From: Halogeometricum borinquense DSM 11551
Lineage (GTDB): Archaea > Halobacteriota > Halobacteria > Halobacteriales > Haloferacaceae
Length of the DNA: 32,000 nucleotides
Direction of reading: 5' to 3'
Assembly: GCF_000172995.2 (NCBI RefSeq)
Contig: NC_014736.1
Span: 60,001-92,000 of the forward strand
Positions 24,379 to 30,638 of this stretch are shown one piece after another (the stretch's first letter is position 1; each line of letters starts with the position of its first letter). The notes under the pieces were generated by a model. The model searched no databases and was not told the DNA's origin. It saw nothing but the letters and a program-made list of their open reading frames with translations. Both the position numbers and the translations under genes were made by a program.

Positions 24379-25277
24379 TGGATGGACTAATTACTGGAGA
24401 AAATGACGAGCGGGTTGGACTCAGCGTTATCGACAATAACGACGTTGAGCACGTCATTGAGATGGAGTTCGATGGCGAAATCAAATATCACGAGCAAGAC
24501 GGGTATCCGGATGAGCCACTGAAGCGAACGAACGAAGGGGCAGAACACGTCAACCAGGCTCGCCGGTACGCCAAGTGGCATGTCTACCGTGAGCGAGGAT
24601 ACGAGACGGTCCCGCCGACGGAAAACCCCGACAGCCTTCTGGCAGCGTGTATCGCTGTTGCTCGACTGTCTGAGACCGCGTTCGAAGACGCGTTCGGGGA
24701 TATCGAAGCCCAGATACGGAGTCACTACGACGATTCGACGGTCGAGTTGCCGTTTGCCGATGCCGATGGAAGTGATATACTCGTCTACAAGAAAGATATC
24801 GCGGTCCGTCCGGACCCGATGACGTTTGATCCACCGGTACTCGAACAGTTCCTCGGGCAATTCAGCGGTGACTCAGACTCCCCAGTGGTTCCAGCGAAAG
24901 CTGATCTTGACCGCGAGGTGTTCGACGACCTTGATTTCGAACTCAAAAGCGTCTCGGGGATGCACTACCTCCACAACGACGGGTACGACAACGAGCGAAC
25001 CGTCCAGAGCAGCCAGCGACTCGGCACAGACCCAGATGCGACTGTTGAGATGATTCCGGTTGACCCAGCTGAGTTCGGTAATTTCCAGCACTACGTTACT
25101 TCAAATCTGATTTACCAAGCTCGAGATGTGCTCCTTCGCATGGGAGTCAAACCACCGATCGCGTTCCGGGCTCAAGGACAAGGAAAGTACCGAGCAACAC
25201 TCGAACAACAAGCCTGCCCACAGTACGAGAATTACTGGGACGCGACAGCAGATATCCAGTCGTGGGAACCGAAGTAG
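24378..25277 (+). CDS. Effector-partner protein 1 (uncharacterised acidic family; immunity or chaperone candidate)
   Basis: TAATG overlap with the effector stop, and GGAGG lies just upstream. 299 aa, with no TM segment. Family motifs are ITGENDERVGLSVIDNNDVEHVIEMEFDGEIKYHEQDGYPD...EHVNQARRYAKWHVYRERGYETVPP and a C-terminal FQHYVTSNLIYQARDVLLRMGVKPPIAFRAQGQG. Confidence 0.8.
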   Translation: MDGLITGENDERVGLSVIDNNDVEHVIEMEFDGEIKYHEQDGYPDEPLKRTNEGAEHVNQARRYAKWHVYRERGYETVPPTENPDSLLAACIAVARLSETAFEDAFGDIEAQIRSHYDDSTVELPFADADGSDILVYKKDIAVRPDPMTFDPPVLEQFLGQFSGDSDSPVVPAKADLDREVFDDLDFELKSVSGMHYLHNDGYDNERTVQSSQRLGTDPDATVEMIPVDPAEFGNFQHYVTSNLIYQARDVLLRMGVKPPIAFRAQGQGKYRATLEQQACPQYENYWDATADIQSWEPK

Positions 25278-26338
25278 TCCACAGGCAGGACTGCGAGGAC
25301 ATCAACGCCCGCGCGTTCACCGTCGGGAATCATATCGCCTTCAATCACGGCGAGTATGATCCCACGTCACCGGAAGGCCAGCACGTCCTCGCTCACGAAC
25401 TCGCGCACGTTCGCCAGCAGACGGGCGGCGCAGTGTCGATGCTCCCGCAGACGGGCGAGTTGGAAATCGACCCCGACGAGCGGCTGGAGCGTGAGGCTGA
25501 GGAGACCGATAAACGCGTGATGCAAGGCGGGAAAATCGGCGTCCATCGGATGCACAACTCCGACGTGCATATTCAGCGGATGGGGGCTGGCGAGTACATC
25601 GATGGGGCGTCCATCGGCGGGATGATTGAAGCGATTGCGAGCGAATCGGAGTTAGAACCAGACGAAGTCGCCGCAATCGTCGAGAATTACAAGGTCAGTG
25701 GGACGGTTCACAGTGGAGCCAAAGGCCACGACGCACTGAACCTCAAGGCGCTGAAAGAGGCCCAGAACCTGTTGGAAGAGGCAGACATCGCTTCGGATAT
25801 CAACCAAGAGTTACTGGCGGAATTAGAAGACTCGGACCTGCGTGCTGACCTCGCAATCTCCGAGATGAAAGCTGACCGAGGTCGTGAAAACGGCAAGGGA
25901 CTCGAACACTTCGACAGCCCTGAAGAGGCCTTCGAGACGGTCAAAGAGTTCCAAAACGACCAAGAGAAACTCGAACAGCGGCTTTCAGAGTTGGACAACC
26001 GGCTGAAACAGACGATTGGCCGGTCGAATATCCGGCTCTCCGAAAAGCAGAAAGAGACGCTGGAAAATCTCGCCGACCAGGTCGACAGCCCGTATTCGGG
26101 GCAGGCAGTCAGCATTCTGCTGAACTACATGTCGGTCGCGTCTACTGAGAAGACACTGTCGGGAATCCTTGCGACTGCAACGTCAACCGGTCCAATGGGT
26201 GGTGTCATCCTAGCTATGGGCGTGGTTTCGACCATCACCACTATACTGCCGCAAGTCGTCTCCATGCTTGAGAGCGGTCTGACTACCCGCTCGGACGATG
26301 ATACCACTGAGACGGACGATTCACGGGGTCTGACATAA
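25262..26338 (+). CDS. Orphan effector cassette 2: 5'-truncated DUF4157 stub plus divergent coiled-coil/hydrophobic C-terminal module
   Basis: The open frame is headed only by a GTG that overlaps the last 16 nt of partner gene 1. Homology to the full-length gene begins at 25292 ([17 protein letters not shown]...[65 protein letters not shown]). The N-terminal ~180 aa of the full-length protein are missing. The C-terminal hydrophobic stretch is GILATATSTGPMGGVILAMGVVSTITTILPQVVSML (26162-26269), followed by a 22-aa acidic tail. It may be a silent cassette rather than an expressed gene. Confidence 0.65.
   Translation: MGTEVVHRQDCEDINARAFTVGNHIAFNHGEYDPTSPEGQHVLAHELAHVRQQTGGAVSMLPQTGELEIDPDERLEREAEETDKRVMQGGKIGVHRMHNSDVHIQRMGAGEYIDGASIGGMIEAIASESELEPDEVAAIVENYKVSGTVHSGAKGHDALNLKALKEAQNLLEEADIASDINQELLAELEDSDLRADLAISEMKADRGRENGKGLEHFDSPEEAFETVKEFQNDQEKLEQRLSELDNRLKQTIGRSNIRLSEKQKETLENLADQVDSPYSGQAVSILLNYMSVASTEKTLSGILATATSTGPMGGVILAMGVVSTITTILPQVVSMLESGLTTRSDDDTTETDDSRGLT
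25292..25582 (+). repeat. Homology stub, copy 2
   Basis: See copy 1. It begins 15 nt after the TAG stop (25275-25277) of partner gene 1 and ends at the HIQRM codons (25568-25582). Confidence 0.85.
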
Positions 26339-26339
26339 G

Positions 26340-27317
26340 ATGAAGGCAAAGATAACCGGCGAAGATGATGTTCGTGTGGGACTCCATGTTACTGACAATA
26401 ATGGAGTAAAGCACAAGATCGAGATGGAGTTTAATGGTGAAATTAAATACCATAATCAAGACGGCTATCCAGACAAGCCGAAGAATCGAACACCCAATGG
26501 AAATGCACACGTAAACCAGACCTGTCGATACGCCCGCTACCACGTCTATCAAGAGACCGAGTACACCCCACTCCCACCCGAGGAAAACCTCCCAGGAATC
26601 AAGAAGGTCAAGCAGGCAATTGCGGACCTCTCAGTCAAGGAGTTTGAGGCGTACTTCAGCGATACCTACGACCAAGTGCTATCAAACCATCCAAGTGTCA
26701 CTCCACCTGTTCCACATCCAGAATCAGTCCCGCAGAATGGATACATCCTCTACCTGATTGACGTGTACCTCGACGACAACGACGAAATCGAGGCTGTCTC
26801 GGACATCCACCTCCAGTATCTGGACGAAAATGGTGACAAAACCCAGGACTGGAACGACGACCCATTCCCCGACCGGCAGCCCGACGCCCGCCTCCAGCTC
26901 TTCGGAAAGTATGTTCCATCGATGGATGTGTTTCAAGAGTTCGTCGTCTACCATCTCCGGTGTCAACTTCGGGATGTCTACATCGGGGCAGGTCTGGAAC
27001 CACCTGAAAAGTACCGGGTTCTTGGACGTGGCGATGACGACCTCACGAGTCGTTACCACAACGATAAAGTAACTATCTACGACGACTACCACCTCGAAGA
27101 AGCCGACATCCCCGGATACGAACTTGAGTTCGACTACGGATTTGGGGAACTCGGTAAACAAAGCGTCATCAACGCCAAGCGAAAGGGAATCGGCGCTGAG
27201 AATCCAGACGACGCTGATAGTAGGTTAGCCAATCCATCACAGGATGGAGAAGAGGGACTGCTCGAAACGGTATCATCGGTACTCCGAGGGAGCGACACTG
27301 ACCAGACCGAGACGTAA
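26340..27317 (+). CDS. Effector-partner protein 2 (same family)
   Basis: The ATG lies 1 nt after the cassette 2 stop. 325 aa: ITGEDDVRVGLHVTDNNGVKHKIEMEFNGEIKYHNQDGYPD...AHVNQTCRYARYHVYQETEYTPLPP ... FQEFVVYHLRCQLRDVYIGAGLEPPEKYRVLGRG. Confidence 0.8.
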   Translation: MKAKITGEDDVRVGLHVTDNNGVKHKIEMEFNGEIKYHNQDGYPDKPKNRTPNGNAHVNQTCRYARYHVYQETEYTPLPPEENLPGIKKVKQAIADLSVKEFEAYFSDTYDQVLSNHPSVTPPVPHPESVPQNGYILYLIDVYLDDNDEIEAVSDIHLQYLDENGDKTQDWNDDPFPDRQPDARLQLFGKYVPSMDVFQEFVVYHLRCQLRDVYIGAGLEPPEKYRVLGRGDDDLTSRYHNDKVTIYDDYHLEEADIPGYELEFDYGFGELGKQSVINAKRKGIGAENPDDADSRLANPSQDGEEGLLETVSSVLRGSDTDQTET

Positions 27318-27355
27318 TCTCGGGGAACCCTTCTAAACAACAAATTTGTGGGCCC

Positions 27356-27535
27356 GTGCACGTGCGTCAACAGACTGGTGGTGCGGTAAGTATGCTCCCG
27401 CAGACGGGTGCGTTGGAAATCGACCCCGACGAGCGGCTGGAGCGTGAGGCTGAGGAGACCGCTCAACGCGTGATGCGTGGTGGGGAGCTGGGCGTGAAAC
27501 CGCTCAGTCAGACTGAGTACCACATTCAGCGGATT
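27356..27535 (+). repeat. Homology stub, copy 3 (partial)
   Basis: Nt 27398-27476 (79 nt) are identical by eye to 23644-23722 of copy 1. The flanks are diverged. It ends at the HIQRI codons (27521-27535). Confidence 0.8.
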
Positions 27536-28252
27536 CCAGAGGGAACAGCGGAATTCTACGAGGGCGTCATCGACGCGATCAAGCGCGAGTCAGCTCTCAC
27601 GGACGACGATGTCGAGCGGATTAAGGACGAAGTGGCGCAGGACGTGGCTGGAACAGACTACGCTGGGGCGAAAGGCCACGACGAATTGAACGTGAAGGTA
27701 CTCGAAAAAGCCCAGCAGAAAGCCCAACAAAAAGCCGAGGAACTCGGCGCTGTCGATAAGGTGAACAAAACGCTTGCAGAGTCCGATCTGGTGCGTGGAA
27801 ACAATGAATCTGGGAACATCGATAGCCTCACCGACGGGGAGAAATCGGCGATGGATGTCGTTCACGAACAGGCACAGGTCGAAAAGACGCTCGACGAACT
27901 GGACGCCGAACTGAGTTCCCTACTCTCCGACGAGAACATCCGACTGACAGCGACTCAGGAATCCGAAATCAAGTCTCTCCAGCAGAAGCTGGCCGAACAA
28001 TTCGACTCCCCCGTCGCCGAACTGGTCATCACGTGGCTGCTGGACAACCTTACAGGGGCAGCGACGAGCGTAACGAGCCTCTCGGCGCTGTTCGCAAAAG
28101 AGATGGGCGCGGCAGATGCATCGACCGCTGCCGGTGCGATCGTCATGGCTGTCTCGATGGGCCTGGCGCTGTTCGTCAAAACCATAACCACTGACTACGA
28201 TGTTGGTGATGATACTGGCGCAGAAAACGATCCGACTGGGGTGAGAGAATGA
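27356..28252 (+). CDS. Orphan effector cassette 3: more deeply 5'-truncated stub (starts at HVRQQTGG) plus divergent C-terminal module
   Basis: The GTG-headed frame starts 38 nt after the partner 2 stop: [59 protein letters not shown]. The first His and the Glu of HExxH are missing. The C-terminal module is related to cassette 2 (AGAKGHDELNVKVLEKAQ vs SGAKGHDALNLKALKEAQ; FDSPVAELVITWLLDNL vs VDSPYSGQAVSILLNYM). Its hydrophobic segment is AAGAIVMAVSMGLALFVKTI (28127-28186), followed by a 21-aa acidic tail. Confidence 0.65.
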   Translation: MHVRQQTGGAVSMLPQTGALEIDPDERLEREAEETAQRVMRGGELGVKPLSQTEYHIQRIPEGTAEFYEGVIDAIKRESALTDDDVERIKDEVAQDVAGTDYAGAKGHDELNVKVLEKAQQKAQQKAEELGAVDKVNKTLAESDLVRGNNESGNIDSLTDGEKSAMDVVHEQAQVEKTLDELDAELSSLLSDENIRLTATQESEIKSLQQKLAEQFDSPVAELVITWLLDNLTGAATSVTSLSALFAKEMGAADASTAAGAIVMAVSMGLALFVKTITTDYDVGDDTGAENDPTGVRE

Positions 28253-29115
28253 TGGACGGAGATATCATCGGTGAAAACGAAGACGGTATCGGTGTCGATG
28301 TTTCGGATAACAACGAGATCATACACGAGATCTCGATTGAAAAGGGTAGTTGGGAGATCGTATACCACGAGCAAGACGGCTACCCTGACAAGGCAGCCAA
28401 ACGCACGCCAGATGGTAACGAGCACGTCAACCAGGCGAGAAGATTCGCTCGGTATCACGTGTACAAAGAACGCGGCTACGAGACGTTCCCATGGGACGAA
28501 CACATCGGATACATCGAAACTGTCGGTGATGCCATCAAGAGCCTCTCAACCGAGGAGTTCGAGGACTACTTCGGCGAGTTCTACGAGACGGTTGCTGGCT
28601 CGCTCAGCCTCAACAGTGGGGGAGACATCACAGCTCTCTTCGCGGCGATCCAAGAGAAGGCCAACGCGTACTACATCGACGTGTACCTCGACAACGATGG
28701 ACAGGTAGAGGCAACCTCAGAGGTGCGGCAGATAATTCCTACCGACGACTGGCAAGAGGAACTCGAATCACCGCCGGAAGACACCGACCGCGTTCCTGAC
28801 GCACGCATCGAATTGATGCCGATGCCGCTGCCATCGATCGAGTTGTTCCAGCCTATTGTTGTCCACCAGACGAGATGCCAGATTCGAGACTGCTACATCG
28901 TCATGGGCGAGGAACCACCCGAAGAGTATCGCCTACTGGGCTTTGGGAAGTACAAATTCGCCTCGCTCTATCAGCGAGGCGACCTCTCGCTGTACGAGGA
29001 CTACACCCGTCTCGACGCCGACATTCCTGGCTACACGGTCGGCCTCGGCCTCGAAGAGTACCCAGAAATCGAAGGACAGGTCAAATCGCTGTTGTCGGCG
29101 TTCGCCGACGAATAA
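28249..29115 (+). CDS. Effector-partner protein 3 (same family)
   Basis: ATGA overlap with the cassette 3 stop. 288 aa: IIGENEDGIGVDVSDNNEIIHEISIEKGSWEIVYHEQDGYPD...EHVNQARRFARYHVYKERGYETFP ... FQPIVVHQTRCQIRDCYIVMGEEPPEEYRLLGFG. Confidence 0.8.
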   Translation: MMDGDIIGENEDGIGVDVSDNNEIIHEISIEKGSWEIVYHEQDGYPDKAAKRTPDGNEHVNQARRFARYHVYKERGYETFPWDEHIGYIETVGDAIKSLSTEEFEDYFGEFYETVAGSLSLNSGGDITALFAAIQEKANAYYIDVYLDNDGQVEATSEVRQIIPTDDWQEELESPPEDTDRVPDARIELMPMPLPSIELFQPIVVHQTRCQIRDCYIVMGEEPPEEYRLLGFGKYKFASLYQRGDLSLYEDYTRLDADIPGYTVGLGLEEYPEIEGQVKSLLSAFADE

Positions 29116-29169
29116 CCTCCCGTGGCTTCTTGTTTGGCGTGTGGTTCTGGCTGCGATGTGTCCAGCACT

Positions 29170-29289
29170 GTCGAGTACGACCCGAACTCCGCGGAGGCCA
29201 GCACGTCCTCGCTCACGAGCTCGCGCACGTTCGCCAGCAGACCGGCGGCGCAGTGTCGATGCTCCCGCAGACGGGCGAACTCGAAATCG
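29170..29289 (+). pseudogene. Fourth DUF4157 stub remnant, frameshifted and lacking any C-terminal module
   Basis: The sequence gtcgagtacgacccgaactccgcggag-gccagcacgtcctcgctcacgagctcgcgcacgttcgccagcagaccggcggcgcagtgtcgatgctcccgcagacgggcgaactcgaaatcg aligns to [38 protein letters not shown] of copies 1 and 2. One base is missing in the gaa-ggc codons (around 29196-29198), so EYDPNSAE and [11 protein letters not shown] fall in different frames. Homology stops at about 29289, and AT-rich sequence follows. Confidence 0.7.
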
Positions 29290-29535
29290 CCCACCGAAAT
29301 CGGTTCCATACTATCCACCAGATATTATCATGGACTACTATTTTGTCGATCAGAACGGATCAATCCTGATGCAGAGTATATCAGTAACGAAATTCAAGAA
29401 AAGAGACAGATCCGAATTGTTGATCCAAACACGTGAAATCGGAAGAGACGCGTAACCAGCACGCTCAGTAGTTCTCATCCCGACTGTAACCACAGATCAC
29501 CGCTGTGGGAGGTTAGTCCGCACGAGATCGAGAGA

Positions 29536-30501
29536 TTACGCTAGCAAATACGAACCAAGTCTTTCGAGCGCATCCACGCCCTGTGCTTCACCCTCCAACT
29601 GCGGCACACAGTTGATCGGCACTGAAAACCGCTCCTCAACCGCTTCGATTCGGTCTCGATGCCGCTCGGCATCCCGCTGGCATCGGTCACAACGACAGCC
29701 GTCGGGATTCTCGAAGACGCGATTCACCACCACACAGTCGGAGGGAACTGATGCCTCGTCAAGCCTCTCGACCAACCGCTCAGCTTCAGCAATTGCCATA
29801 CGCTCTGGAGTGAGCACCACACAAAAATGAGTCCGTGACGGATCACGCAACACCTGCTGAACGGACCCAACGCGCTCTTGGAGCGACACTACCTCGTCAG
29901 AACCACTATTTGAACCCCAATATGCTGCCGGGCCGAAAAACACGCTTTTGGCCGCCTGTGCAGTCCGCCGAACGCGCCGTTGAACTTCGCCAGCAACGCC
30001 GAGTGTCTCCCCGAGCACTTCTGGCAAGTCGAGTAGTCGGAGCGTATGCCCAGTCGGTGCAGTGTCGAATACGACGTGGCTGTACCCGGCGTCGGCGTAG
30101 CGGGCGATGTACTCCAGAGCAGCCACCTCATCGCCACCCGGTACGAGTCCGGCCTTGAACAGTCGCTCCAAATCGTCGTCATCCAGTCGCAGTCCGGCGT
30201 CTCGAAACTCGTCGGCGAGTGCCTCAACGACGTGCCGGTAAGCCTCCTGTCCGGTTTCGGCATCAACTTCGATGGCAAACAGTGAGTCAACAACCTCCGT
30301 GGGTTCTCCACTGAGTTCTTGTTCGAAAGCGTCGCCGAGTGAGTGGGCAGGATCAGTTGAGACCACGAGTGTGTCTCCCTCACGCCGTTTCGAGAGCGCG
30401 AGAGCGTGCGCTGCCGCACAGGTCGTCTTTCCGACGCCACCTTTCCCTCCGTACAGAACAATGTCGGTTTCGTCACCGTGCGGATGCTCTGTCTCGGTCA
30501 T
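29536..30501 (-). CDS. arsA: ArsA/Get3-family P-loop ATPase
   Basis: 321 aa. It has the deviant Walker A motif GGKGGVGKTT, STDPAHSLGD, and the signature DTAPTGHTLRLLDLP. A Cys cluster CRCDRC contains a CxxC like the Zn-bridging motif of Get3 dimers. Confidence 0.9.
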   Translation of the reverse strand: MTETEHPHGDETDIVLYGGKGGVGKTTCAAAHALALSKRREGDTLVVSTDPAHSLGDAFEQELSGEPTEVVDSLFAIEVDAETGQEAYRHVVEALADEFRDAGLRLDDDDLERLFKAGLVPGGDEVAALEYIARYADAGYSHVVFDTAPTGHTLRLLDLPEVLGETLGVAGEVQRRVRRTAQAAKSVFFGPAAYWGSNSGSDEVVSLQERVGSVQQVLRDPSRTHFCVVLTPERMAIAEAERLVERLDEASVPSDCVVVNRVFENPDGCRCDRCQRDAERHRDRIEAVEERFSVPINCVPQLEGEAQGVDALERLGSYLLA

Positions 30502-30638
30502 TGCGTTGGTGTAGGGTCTGTAAGGTTACAAAGGCGTGGGCGGCCCTCATCGCGCGTGTGCGTGAGTAGAAAAGCGTGCGCGAGTAGAAGCAGGGCGAAG
30601 ATGAGAGAGAACAGGAGTGAGACAGTAGCGCTCGGAGG

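Noticed and set aside
28856-29455. Overlapping plus-strand ORFs 28856..29455, 28875..29369 and 29122..29436, which run from inside partner gene 3 across the fourth stub
   Set aside because: They are off-frame read-through artefacts. Only the ~120-nt stub homology (29170-29289) is meaningful, and it is split across two of these frames by a 1-nt deletion, so it is annotated as a pseudogene remnant.
29536-30501. Arsenic-resistance operon interpretation of the ArsA-family gene
   Set aside because: No ArsB/Acr3, ArsR, ArsC or ArsD lies nearby. The protein is a single-domain Get3-like form rather than the duplicated ArsA pump subunit. The family call is kept, but the arsenic-resistance role is not asserted.
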